64,000 nucleotides of DNA. It comes from an uncultured Bacteroides sp. (GTDB lineage Bacteria > Bacteroidota > Bacteroidia > Bacteroidales > JACABE01). The stretch covers positions 343,788 to 407,787 of the forward strand of contig CAZWKQ010000001.1 of the NCBI GenBank assembly GCA_964634005.1, given 5' to 3'. This document shows, piece after piece, positions 38,285 through 47,375 of the stretch; within the stretch, counting starts at the first letter, position 1, and each line of letters begins with the position of its first letter. Under the pieces are notes generated by a model that was not told the DNA's origin, did not search any database, and saw nothing but the letters and a program-made list of their open reading frames with translations. The position numbers and the translations under genes are program-made.

Positions 38285-40010
38285 TATCTTTTACATTAAG
38301 CTGTAAAGTCGTTTTGCCGTTCCACTCATTTTCCTCAATATGATAACATATAGAAAAAGGCAAACCCTTTTGTATAAAAGGCAAATATTCACCTAATTGG
38401 AATGCTATACCAGAAATAGGGAAACTGCTTGAATCGTGACTAATTATCGATAATTTCAAATGATTAGTACCAACAACTTTTGAATAACCAGCATCTTTTA
38501 CATTGTCAGTTTGAAATATAGGTGACATATTTCCAGGCCCAAAAGGAGCAAATTGTTTTAGAATATTATGAAATTTGCTGTTAATATCGCTTAAATTAAT
38601 GCAGTCGTCGATTTCAATTTCAGGTATCATCATATCTTCGGTGAGAGTAGAGCTAACGACTTCTTCGAATTTTTTCCTGAAAGCGTCCAAATTTTCCGGT
38701 TTCAGTGACAAACCTGCAGCATACTTATGACCTCCGAAATGTTCAAGTAAATCGCTGCAAGCTTCTATCGCATCATAAATATCAAAATCCTTGATACTTC
38801 TTGCTGAACCTGTTATTAAACCATTAGAATGAGTCAATACTATTGTAGGTCTGTAAAATTCTTCGGTTAGTCTCGATGCAACAATACCAATAACTCCTTT
38901 ATGCCATTCGGGGTTATAAACTACGGTACTTTTGCTGCTTAGCAGTTGTTCATTGTTTCTTATATACTCTATTGCCTGTTGAGTAGTACAAGTGTCGTGG
39001 TTTTTTCTTTCAATATTGTTATTATTTATTTGTTCGGCAATAAAAAAAGCATCCTGATAATTGTCGCAAATAAGCAATTCGACAGATTTTTTCCCTGTTT
39101 CCATTCTGCCGGCAGCATTAATTCGCGGTCCAACAAGAAAAACAAGGTCGTTTATCGTAAGTTGCCGTTTGAAATAGTAATCTGCAGGAGTATCGCTTCT
39201 GTGAACATTACTGAATTTAAGTATAGCTTCTATACCGGGTCGCGGTTTCGAGTTTAACTGCTTCAACCCGTAAAAAGCCAACACTCTATTTTCTCCCGTA
39301 ATCGGGACAATATCTGCAGCTATACTTATTGCAACAAGGTCAATAAATTTTTCTACCTCCTCAAAGTGAATATTATTAACAACAGCATAGGCTTGAATAA
39401 GTTTAAATCCTATGCCGCATCCCGAAAGTTCGGTATAAGGATATGTAGAATCGTTTCTTTTAGGATTTAATATGGCAATAGCCTCAGGCATTTCGTTTCC
39501 CGGACGGTGATGGTCTCCAATGATAAAATCAATCCCTTTTGAATTAGCATATTTTATTTGCTCTGTTGCTTTTATTCCGCAATCTAAGGCAATAACCAGC
39601 TTAAAATTGTTTTCCTTCGCAAAATCTATGCTTTTGAATGAAATTCCATAACCTTCGTTATACCTGTCGGGAATATAAAAATCAATATTTTCATAAAATT
39701 CTCTAAAAAACGAATATACTAATGCAACGGCACTTGTCCCGTCAACATCATAATCACCATAAATAAGAATTTTTTCATTCCCTAAGATAGCTTTCTTGAT
39801 TCTCTCAACTGCTTTATCCATATCATTCATCAAAAAAGGATCGTGCAGATGTGTTAGTTTTGGTCTGAAAAAATCCTGTGCTTCCTTGAAATTGTTAATA
39901 TTTCGTTGAGCTAACAAATTTGCTAATGGAAAAGATATTTTAAGCTCTTCCTGCAATCTTTTGATTACTTCGGCATCCCCTTTTTTCTTTAAAACCCACC
40001 TCTTTTCCAT
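38271..40010 (-). CDS. recJ: Single-stranded-DNA-specific exonuclease RecJ
   Basis: DHH motifs YGDYDVDGTS, LDCG, IGDHH, and DHHA1 GGHKYAAG. 579 aa. Confidence 0.92.
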   Translation of the reverse strand: MEKRWVLKKKGDAEVIKRLQEELKISFPLANLLAQRNINNFKEAQDFFRPKLTHLHDPFLMNDMDKAVERIKKAILGNEKILIYGDYDVDGTSAVALVYSFFREFYENIDFYIPDRYNEGYGISFKSIDFAKENNFKLVIALDCGIKATEQIKYANSKGIDFIIGDHHRPGNEMPEAIAILNPKRNDSTYPYTELSGCGIGFKLIQAYAVVNNIHFEEVEKFIDLVAISIAADIVPITGENRVLAFYGLKQLNSKPRPGIEAILKFSNVHRSDTPADYYFKRQLTINDLVFLVGPRINAAGRMETGKKSVELLICDNYQDAFFIAEQINNNNIERKNHDTCTTQQAIEYIRNNEQLLSSKSTVVYNPEWHKGVIGIVASRLTEEFYRPTIVLTHSNGLITGSARSIKDFDIYDAIEACSDLLEHFGGHKYAAGLSLKPENLDAFRKKFEEVVSSTLTEDMMIPEIEIDDCINLSDINSKFHNILKQFAPFGPGNMSPIFQTDNVKDAGYSKVVGTNHLKLSIISHDSSSFPISGIAFQLGEYLPFIQKGLPFSICYHIEENEWNGKTTLQLNVKDIKFD

Positions 40011-40209
40011 TTACTCTAATTTATAATTTACTACCCGTTTGCTTTTACATTGAATATCAATATGCAAGCCATAATAATGACTTTTAATGGCAGTTAGAAA
40101 TCAATTTTTAATTTGAAAACGCAAATTTAATAAAAAAAGGAGGATTTTTTTAATTATTAAAAATATTATTGGAATAATAATTTTATTTATTTATAAATCT
40201 GTTTTTCAG

Positions 40210-41172
40210 CTATTTAATGTTTATTTTTTCATTTAACCCATTTAAACGAATAATATCGAGTTCTTCCGGTAAGAAAAGTTTGGCTTTGTATAAATTAAAA
40301 AATTCATCACTTACACTTTGATTAAAAATCATTATATCATCAGAATTTATTGTAATTTTTACACCATTGTCAAACAAAATTCTTGCAGGGTGAGTTTCAA
40401 GACTTTTAACCCTTTTAAGCTTTAAATTACTTGTAGGGCAAATATTTAGCTGAATTTTATTTTCCATAAGCCACTTCATCACTTCGGTAGATTCGGAGGC
40501 TGAAATCCCGTGCTGTACTTCGTCTAATTCGAGAGTTTCAACAGTATATCTTACAGATTCGGCATCTCCGAATTCACCCGAATGACATTTCAGCTTCATT
40601 CTGTTTTTCTTGGCTAATTTGAATATTTTTTTGTACTCTTTTGCATCCCTGAATAACTCATCTCCATAAATATCAATTGATTTGAAATAGCTACTTTCAA
40701 TACATGGAACAACGTATTTCTCGGCTTCAGATATTTCTAAATTCCTGCTAATACCTATTTCGGGATTAAACCTGACATTAACCGTCGAATTCTTGTATAT
40801 TTGGTCAATTACACCGATAAATTTTTCGATATCAAAAGAATATAAACTTAAAAACATAGCATCAATGCTCATTTCAAGTTTTGTTATACCGTCTTCTTCA
40901 GCCTGAAGAAATGCCAGCATTAATGCTTTTTGGAAACCATCCTCGGTAAGAATTATGTTTCTTAAATTATCAATGATATATTTGTTCATTTCACTTATAT
41001 CATTCATAAATTCGGGAGGCGGAGGTAATGAAACCTGCATTTCACGGCAAAACGACGAAAACCTGCTCGCCAAAAGAGCATGAGAATGCAAATCGGATTT
41101 GGGAATTTTCTTTAATAGATCGGTTTTATTAAAAACAAGAGCATTAATAAAACCCTGCGAATCACCATTCAT
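40210..41172 (-). CDS. Adenosine deaminase family protein (short, 320 aa)
   Basis: All metal and catalytic motifs are present: DLHSH, HSGE, QHG, CPTSN, INSDD. Confidence 0.75.
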   Translation of the reverse strand: MNGDSQGFINALVFNKTDLLKKIPKSDLHSHALLASRFSSFCREMQVSLPPPPEFMNDISEMNKYIIDNLRNIILTEDGFQKALMLAFLQAEEDGITKLEMSIDAMFLSLYSFDIEKFIGVIDQIYKNSTVNVRFNPEIGISRNLEISEAEKYVVPCIESSYFKSIDIYGDELFRDAKEYKKIFKLAKKNRMKLKCHSGEFGDAESVRYTVETLELDEVQHGISASESTEVMKWLMENKIQLNICPTSNLKLKRVKSLETHPARILFDNGVKITINSDDIMIFNQSVSDEFFNLYKAKLFLPEELDIIRLNGLNEKINIK

Positions 41173-41710
41173 CTTTAATTATTTTCTTTGCCGGCATAGC
41201 AGCTTTAAGCGATTCTATCAGTTTACGTATATGATTATCAATTATTCTGAGGTAATCATCCCAAAGTGGAGAATAACCAGGATTTTTGGGGTCTAACCAA
41301 TTTTCTACCGCATACCTCGATTTATCCTTTAAATAAAAATTGGTAAACTTATACCTGTATTTGTTGTCTTTAAACTGCAAAATAAATGTATATTCAACCA
41401 AGCCGGTTTTAATTGTATTTCCGTCTTTATCAATGTAATACATCTGAATTCGATGCTGCCCTTCAATTTCGCCATTAACAGCATCGCGAATTCTGGTTAC
41501 CTCAGCGGGATTTTTATAATTGGCATTTATCCATTCAATTCCTCTTTTATACAATTCATCTTTGGTACCGGTTTCGTTCACTACTCCTATATATGTTATT
41601 AGTTTTGTATTTGTATCAACCGGTATTCTTGCTCTCAAAGTATCCTGAGAAAACAATTTAACTGAATTAAAAGCTATCGATATTAATATTAAACAAACAA
41701 TTTTCTTCAT
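41162..41710 (-). CDS. DUF4468-like secreted protein
   Basis: Signal peptide MKKIVCLILISIAFNSVKLFS|QD. YIGVV..G.KDELYKRGIEWI resembles my recollection of DUF4468. Its stop overlaps the deaminase start by 11 nt. Confidence 0.5.
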   Translation of the reverse strand: MKKIVCLILISIAFNSVKLFSQDTLRARIPVDTNTKLITYIGVVNETGTKDELYKRGIEWINANYKNPAEVTRIRDAVNGEIEGQHRIQMYYIDKDGNTIKTGLVEYTFILQFKDNKYRYKFTNFYLKDKSRYAVENWLDPKNPGYSPLWDDYLRIIDNHIRKLIESLKAAMPAKKIIKDEW

Positions 41711-41921
41711 TTTTAAATTATTTTTTAATTCACAAAAATACAAATTTTCATTATCAAATATCATGCAAATAGGTAATAAACTTTGATAGATTTTTCATTT
41801 TAAAGCTTGATTTTTCGAAAATTACAAAAAAGGATAATTTTTCAAAAGATGATTTTGAATTAAAAAAGCTTAATAATCAGGTATATTTTAAAACATATTG
41901 AATTTGTCGTTTAAATTTATT

Positions 41922-41929
41922 TACTTTTG
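41922..41929 (+). promoter_or_regulatory. -7 box TACTTTTG upstream of the CPBP protease gene
   Basis: Match to TAnnTTTG 34 nt upstream of the ATG at 41963. Confidence 0.4.
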
Positions 41930-41962
41930 TCGGTAGTTTGTTCAATTTATCTTTAATAATTT

Positions 41963-42916
41963 ATGTTTAAAAGAACTTTATTCCTGAAGAATCTCAGCGT
42001 TCCCGTTCAAATAATGATGCTGTTGATGTTCATCATTATATCGGGTTTTATTATAAGTATAATCGGGATTTTAATTACAATCCCTTTCGGGGGAAATAAT
42101 CTTTTGACTAATGGAAAAGAATTTGATATTTTATCGAATATTAATCTTTCAAAGTTTTTGCAGATAGTAAATCATTTGGGGCTTTTTCTTATACCTTCCC
42201 TCCTTTTTGTATATTTTTTGAGCCGAAATCCCAAAGGATATTTAAAACTGGATAAAAAACCGCATATATTTTCGCTTGTTGCCGGATTACTTATAATGAT
42301 TATATCAATGCCTTTTATTAATTGGCTATTATCATTAAATCAGTCTTTTCACTTACCCGAATCGATGTCGGGAATAGAAAATTGGATGAGGGTTTCAGAA
42401 GAAAGAGCAGCTTATTTAACTGATGTTTTCCTAAATGTGAATACTATTGGCGGATTATTGCTTAATATATTAATGATTGCAGTGATACCGGCTATTGGAG
42501 AAGAAATTCTTTTCAGAGGTATTTTAATGAAATTGTTAAAAAATTGGCTTGGAAATATTCATATTGCAATAATTATTTCGGCTATTGTTTTTAGTGCAGC
42601 TCATTTGCAATTTTTCGGTTTTTTGCCAAGAGTTGTTCTTGGATTGATTTTAGGATATCTTTTCTACATAACCCGAAATTTGTGGATTGCCATTGCAGCT
42701 CATTTTGTAAACAATGCCTTTGCAGTAATGGTAGCTTTTTTAAATATTAAATATAAGTTGTCTTCAGATATTGAAAAATTCGGGAGCAATAATGACGATT
42801 ATCCTGTAATAATTTTTAGCTTATTGCTGACTATAGTTATTATTTTTAGTATAAACCAAAGAGAAAGAAAGTTTAAAGCCATAAGCTTTAGAAAAACAAA
42901 GGAGGAAGAATTTTAA
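41963..42916 (+). CDS. CPBP-family intramembrane glutamic endopeptidase (CAAX protease-like)
   Basis: EEILFRG, FSAAHL, HFVNN. Polytopic membrane protein. Confidence 0.85.
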   Translation: MFKRTLFLKNLSVPVQIMMLLMFIIISGFIISIIGILITIPFGGNNLLTNGKEFDILSNINLSKFLQIVNHLGLFLIPSLLFVYFLSRNPKGYLKLDKKPHIFSLVAGLLIMIISMPFINWLLSLNQSFHLPESMSGIENWMRVSEERAAYLTDVFLNVNTIGGLLLNILMIAVIPAIGEEILFRGILMKLLKNWLGNIHIAIIISAIVFSAAHLQFFGFLPRVVLGLILGYLFYITRNLWIAIAAHFVNNAFAVMVAFLNIKYKLSSDIEKFGSNNDDYPVIIFSLLLTIVIIFSINQRERKFKAISFRKTKEEEF

Positions 42917-42928
42917 ATTCTTCCTCCT
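42901..42928. terminator. Perfect 12-bp hairpin between convergent CPBP and exbD genes
   Basis: ggaggaagaatt-ttaa-aattcttcctcc. The loop contains the CPBP stop codon. On the minus strand it is followed by a T-rich run (TTTGTTTTTC). Confidence 0.6.
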
Positions 42929-42956
42929 CAGAATATATTATTCGAAAAAATCTATT

Positions 42957-43427
42957 TTATTCTTCCGATTTTTTAGCTTTACGTGTAGAATAGTTTATTT
43001 TGAAAGCAGAAACCTGTCTGAGTTCTTGTTTAATATCGGTAATGATACCCATCTTAGTTTCACCGTCAACTTTCAAAGATGTTGTTAGTAATGGTCTGTC
43101 GGCTTCGTTTCTTGCAGCTTTTTCTTTTTCTATAAATTCGCGAATATCGGAAACATTAGCATATTGATCGTTAAGCTGAATGCGAGGTTCAGTACCATAA
43201 ATTTGTGGTTTGGTAGGTGGACCTACATAAATGAAACTAACCAATGATTTTTTTTCAAGTTTTTGAACTTCGGTGGCTTGAGGAGCTTTAATTTTTACAT
43301 ATAAAGTGCTTTCCCTCATTGTTGTAATAACCATAAAGAAGAATAAAAACATGAAAATAATATCAGACATCGAACCGGTGTTAATGCCCGGAACACTATT
43401 ACTTCCTTTCTTTTTAAAACGTGCCAT
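42957..43427 (-). CDS. ExbD/TolR-family biopolymer transport protein
   Basis: 156 aa. N-terminal INTGSMSDIIFMFLFFFMV TM motif. The start shares 1 nt with the upstream stop. Confidence 0.85.
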   Translation of the reverse strand: MARFKKKGSNSVPGINTGSMSDIIFMFLFFFMVITTMRESTLYVKIKAPQATEVQKLEKKSLVSFIYVGPPTKPQIYGTEPRIQLNDQYANVSDIREFIEKEKAARNEADRPLLTTSLKVDGETKMGIITDIKQELRQVSAFKINYSTRKAKKSEE

Positions 43428-44002
43428 TATTTTTTCCCTCCTACATCTTTAGGTTCAGCTTCAGAAATACTAACAGGAATTGCTTTTTGTATAGCTTCAC
43501 GTTTTTGTTCCTCTTTTAAATCATCGAATTTTTTTCCGAATTTTTCTTTCGACAATTTATCACGAAGTTCATTAACAGCAGCAGTTAGCTCGTTCTGAAC
43601 CTGAATATACATATTATAAGAAGTACCTCTATCGTTTTGAAGTGAAATAACTCCTTTTGATACCTCAACATTACCTAAAAGATCAATATATTTTACTGTT
43701 TTTTCGGGAAGGCTTTCAGAATTGTAAGGATTAGCAAGAAATTCCTTGGCTTTATCCTTAAGAGTTCTTATATCTCCCGGTTCACCATTGACTAAAAGCT
43801 GGTCGTTAGCATTAACAAGTACAGTAAAAATATTACGTTTTTTTATCTCAGGCGGCTTCTGGGTAGGATCGGGTGGCGGAGGTAATCTTCTTGTTATACC
43901 CATATCCGTATCTATCGAAGATGTTAGAAGGAAAAAGGTAAGCAACAAGAATGAAATATCTGCCATTGACCCTGAATTTATTTCCGGAATTTTCTTTGCC
44001 AT
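43427..44002 (-). CDS. ExbD/TolR-family biopolymer transport protein
   Basis: 191 aa. INSGSMADISFLLLTFFLL TM motif and a periplasmic domain. Confidence 0.85.
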   Translation of the reverse strand: MAKKIPEINSGSMADISFLLLTFFLLTSSIDTDMGITRRLPPPPDPTQKPPEIKKRNIFTVLVNANDQLLVNGEPGDIRTLKDKAKEFLANPYNSESLPEKTVKYIDLLGNVEVSKGVISLQNDRGTSYNMYIQVQNELTAAVNELRDKLSKEKFGKKFDDLKEEQKREAIQKAIPVSISEAEPKDVGGKK

Positions 44003-44011
44003 AAGTATTCT

Positions 44012-44347
44012 TTATTTAATCATTTTAGATATTGCCGCATATGCAGCTGTAAGAATAACTAAAATAAACATAACATAAGTCAAAATCAAACCACTTCCGA
44101 TAAGTTTCGATAATCCATAATCAGTACCTGTTTTCTCAAAAACAACCTGACTAACATCGGTTGAAGAAGACATTAGGTACGATATTATAAATACAACGAT
44201 TAAACCTATAACGCCGAATAAAGTTGATTTGGACTTTTTTATATTAACTAAAAGGAATTTTATTGAAAACCCAACTAACGTCAGCAGTGCAATCCCTAAT
44301 AGCGAATATGTTACTATTAATCCAATATTAATAAATACATTTTCCAT
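44012..44347 (-). CDS. Small 3-TM membrane protein within the exbB-exbD cluster
   Basis: 111 aa with three hydrophobic helices. Spacers of 9-15 nt to both neighbours. Confidence 0.6.
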   Translation of the reverse strand: MENVFINIGLIVTYSLLGIALLTLVGFSIKFLLVNIKKSKSTLFGVIGLIVVFIISYLMSSSTDVSQVVFEKTGTDYGLSKLIGSGLILTYVMFILVILTAAYAAISKMIK

Positions 44348-44362
44348 AGTTAGTTGATGTTT

Positions 44363-45202
44363 TTATTTTTTATGTAAATGTTTTACAATAATATCCATGA
44401 AAGAAATACTTGCATCTTCCATAGTGTTAACAATACCTTCAATTTTATTAACCAGGTAGTTGAAGAAAATTTGTAAAATAATAGCTACGATAAGACCGAA
44501 AACGGTTGTTAAAAGAGCTACCTTCATACCACCTGCAACAACTGTTGGAGAAATGTCACCGGCTTGTTCAATTGAGTCAAAAGCTTGAACCATCCCTACA
44601 ACTGTACCCAAGAACCCAAGCATAGGTGCTAAAGCTATAAATAAGCCTATCCATGATAAGTTTCTCTCCAAACGTGCCATTTGAACTCCACCGTAAGATA
44701 CGATAGATTTTTCGATAATTTCTAAACCTTCGTCAAATCTGTCGAGACCTTGATAGAATATGCTGGCAACAGGACCACGAGTATTTTTGCACAATTCTTT
44801 TGCAGCATTAACACCTCCGTTATTTAAAGCATTTTCAACTCCATTAAGAAGTTTTTCGGTATTAGTAGTTGCAAGATTTAAGTAAATAATTCTCTCAACA
44901 ACTAAAGCTAACCCTAATATCAACACTAAAAGAATAGGAGTCATCCAGCCTGCACCCCCTTGAATGAACTTTTCTTTCAAAACTTGGTGAAACGACTTTC
45001 CTTCATCAACATTAGCCGTAAGAGCTGTTGTATCAGCACTTGGTTGTACTTCTGATACAGCACTATCTTGTGTAGCTTTTGCTGAAGTATCAGAAACTTT
45101 TTCAGTTTTGGTATCGGCTTTTTGTGCCTGTGCATATAGTGCCTGAGTGGCAACAAATGTTAGCATTCCTGCAATTGTAAATAAAGCAATTAATTTTTTC
45201 AT
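44363..45202 (-). CDS. MotA/TolQ/ExbB proton-channel family protein with cleavable signal peptide
   Basis: Signal peptide ..ALYA|QAQK, an ~60-aa Ser/Thr/Ala-rich linker, then the ExbB core (LGFLGTVVGM, VALLTTVFGL). Confidence 0.88.
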   Translation of the reverse strand: MKKLIALFTIAGMLTFVATQALYAQAQKADTKTEKVSDTSAKATQDSAVSEVQPSADTTALTANVDEGKSFHQVLKEKFIQGGAGWMTPILLVLILGLALVVERIIYLNLATTNTEKLLNGVENALNNGGVNAAKELCKNTRGPVASIFYQGLDRFDEGLEIIEKSIVSYGGVQMARLERNLSWIGLFIALAPMLGFLGTVVGMVQAFDSIEQAGDISPTVVAGGMKVALLTTVFGLIVAIILQIFFNYLVNKIEGIVNTMEDASISFMDIIVKHLHKK

Positions 45203-45278
45203 GGTTAATTTTTAATTGATTTTTGTTTTATTTTATTGTTAATTAATAATTTATTGAATTCTACATTATTTAATAAGC

Positions 45279-45371
45279 TGGCGGAGAGGGTGGGATTCGA
45301 ACCCACGATTCCGTTCCACACGGAATACACACTTTCCAGGCGTGCGCCTTCGACCACTCGGCCACCTATCC
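45279..45371 (-). tRNA. tRNA-Ser (anticodon GGA), class II, CCA encoded
   Basis: The reverse complement reads ggataggtggccgagtggtcgaaggcgcacgcCTGGAAAgtgtgtattccgtgtggaacggaatcgtgggttcgaatcccaccctctccgcca. Anticodon loop cTGGAaa, long variable arm, T-loop gttcgaatc. Confidence 0.9.
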
Positions 45372-45512
45372 AAAAAACCATTTATTCTAATACAGTTTTC
45401 AATTATTTTTTTGACCGCTAAATTACAAAAAAAATAGATTGATATTAAAAAAGTTTTTTTTAAATTTATCAAATAGCGTTTTTTTTCTGTTTTTATTGTG
45501 CTTGTTTTAAAA

Positions 45513-46541
45513 TTAATTAGTTAGCTCTCCCCTCAGAGGTTTTTGAAGCAATTGCTTAATTTCTTCCAAAGTAAAATTGCCGCCCAGTAAAAACATAAGT
45601 TTTGATATTGCCGATTCTGTGGTAATATCAAAACCTCCAACAACACCTATCCTTCCTAAATCGAGACTTGTTTCATATTTCCCGATTTCTACACTTCCTG
45701 ATTTACATTGTGTTACATTGAAAATAATAATATTTTTTTCTATTGCTTCTTTAAGTGCTTCTATAAACCATTTATCGGTAGGGGCATTTCCCGAACCATA
45801 AGTCTCTAAAACTACTGCTTTTAATCCATTTATTGAAAGTACACTCCTTACTACATTTTCTGTTATTCCCGGAAATAATTTCAATATTGCAACATTATTA
45901 TCAAGCTTATAGTGGACTTTTAACTTTTTAAAATTCGGTTTTAAAATAAGTTGTTCGTTATATTTAATATGTACTCCTACATCTGCCAAGTTAGGATAAT
46001 TGCCCGAAAGAAATGCATCGAAATTTTCGGCAGTAAACTTGCTTGTTCTGTTTCCTCTATATAACTTATTTTCGAAACAAATACATACTTCAGGTACCTT
46101 AGGAGTATCGTCTTCCTTTGCTGCAGCTATTTCTATTGAATTTATTATATTGTCTCTTCCGTCTGTTCTTACAACCCCCAATGGTAGCTGAGAGCCTGTA
46201 AGAATTACGGGTTTATTAAGGTTTTCTAACATAAAACTCAATATAGACGCTGTGTATGACATAGTATCAGTACCATGTAGTACTACAAAACCGTCATATA
46301 ATTCATAATTTTCTTCTATGACTCCGGCAAGTTTTACCCAAAATTCAGGTTTTACATTTGATGAATCAATCAAAGGATCGAAGGAAATATAATCTAGTTT
46401 ACAATTGAAATTTTTTAATATCGGTATAGATTGGTAAAGCAAATCCATATTAATAGGATGAAGTGCTCCGGTTTCACGATCTTTTATCATCCCTATAGTT
46501 CCACCGGTATATATTACCAATATAGCTGTTCTGTTTCCCAT
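45513..46541 (-). CDS. ansA: Type I (cytoplasmic) L-asparaginase
   Basis: LVIYTGGTIGM, VVLHGTDTM. 342 aa with no signal peptide. Confidence 0.88.
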   Translation of the reverse strand: MGNRTAILVIYTGGTIGMIKDRETGALHPINMDLLYQSIPILKNFNCKLDYISFDPLIDSSNVKPEFWVKLAGVIEENYELYDGFVVLHGTDTMSYTASILSFMLENLNKPVILTGSQLPLGVVRTDGRDNIINSIEIAAAKEDDTPKVPEVCICFENKLYRGNRTSKFTAENFDAFLSGNYPNLADVGVHIKYNEQLILKPNFKKLKVHYKLDNNVAILKLFPGITENVVRSVLSINGLKAVVLETYGSGNAPTDKWFIEALKEAIEKNIIIFNVTQCKSGSVEIGKYETSLDLGRIGVVGGFDITTESAISKLMFLLGGNFTLEEIKQLLQKPLRGELTN

Positions 46542-46547
46542 TATAAA

Positions 46548-47318
46548 TTAAAAATTAAATAGTCTTCTGGCGTTGTTTGTGGTAATTTCGGCTACTTCTT
46601 CTACAGATATCTTTTTTAACTCTGATATTTTTCGGGCAATATAAACCAAAAAAGAACTTTCGTTTCTTTTTCCTCTAAATGGTGAAGGTGTTAGATACGG
46701 GGAATCAGTTTCTAAAATAATATTATCTAAATCAATATGAGCCAATACTTTATCTAATCCGGAATTTTTAAACGTAACTACCCCTCCTATTCCTAACAAA
46801 AAACCCATATCGATTATATCAATGGCTTCTTCGTATGTGCCTCCAAAACAATGAAATACACCTTTAAGTTTATTGTTGGTATTGACTTTCTTTACCATTT
46901 CTATAGTTTCGGAAAGTGAGCTTCTTGAATGAATAGACACGGGTAAATTAAGTTCCATGGCTAATTCTAACTGGAATTTCAGCGCATATTCTTGTTCGGC
47001 TTTAAATGATAAATCCCAATATAAATCAATTCCAATTTCTCCTATGGCAAAATATTTGTTTAATATTGCCTCTCTCCTCATAATTTCGCACTCTTCCAAA
47101 TAATTTTCTTTTACAGAAGTAGGATGCAAGCCTATCATTGGAAACATTATATCCTTATACTTATTACATAAGGAGTTCATTGGCACTATTGTGCTGCTGT
47201 CGATATTCGGCAGCAGAAAATAACCAACTTTGTTTTCTATTGCCCTTTCTATAACTTGCTGAATATCTTCGTTATATTCATCAAGATAAAGGTGAGTGTG
47301 AGTGTCTGTAAGTATCAT
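46548..47318 (-). CDS. TatD-family metal-dependent hydrolase
   Basis: LTDTHTHL, EIGIDLYW, SIHSR, FHCF, ETDSPYL. Confidence 0.88.
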   Translation of the reverse strand: MILTDTHTHLYLDEYNEDIQQVIERAIENKVGYFLLPNIDSSTIVPMNSLCNKYKDIMFPMIGLHPTSVKENYLEECEIMRREAILNKYFAIGEIGIDLYWDLSFKAEQEYALKFQLELAMELNLPVSIHSRSSLSETIEMVKKVNTNNKLKGVFHCFGGTYEEAIDIIDMGFLLGIGGVVTFKNSGLDKVLAHIDLDNIILETDSPYLTPSPFRGKRNESSFLVYIARKISELKKISVEEVAEITTNNARRLFNF

Positions 47319-47355
47319 ATTGCAAAAATAGAAGATTTTTTAAATTAATAATTTA

Positions 47356-47363
47356 TAATTTTG
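47356..47363 (+). promoter_or_regulatory. -7 box TAATTTTG upstream of the GT9 gene
   Basis: Match to TAnnTTTG 13 nt upstream of the TTG start at 47376. Confidence 0.4.
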
Positions 47364-47375
47364 TAAAAAAAAATT

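Noticed and set aside
40125-40160. AAGGAGG in the recJ/deaminase intergenic region suggesting a hidden small ORF
   Set aside because: There is no ATG, GTG or TTG at a usable distance downstream on the plus strand, and no open frame follows.
40210-41172. Adenosine deaminase as a possible RADAR-type defence deaminase
   Set aside because: It is only 320 aa with a canonical ADA motif set and no adjacent large ATPase. RADAR RdrB proteins are far larger.
42957-45202. MotA/ExbB-type plus ExbD genes as a possible Zorya-like defence module
   Set aside because: Sizes (279, 191 and 156 aa) and motifs are those of ordinary ExbB/ExbD. There is no long ZorA-like tail, no ZorC/D-like helicase or nuclease, and no other defence genes nearby.
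45236-45472. Two short ORFs (61 aa on plus, 68 aa on minus)
   Set aside because: Both are fully explained by the tRNA-Ser(GGA) gene at 45279..45371 and its flanks.
47323-47330. TATTTTTG box (minus strand) upstream of tatD
   Set aside because: It ends only 4 nt from the ATG at 47318, too close to act as a -7 element for a leadered transcript. It is not listed as a promoter.
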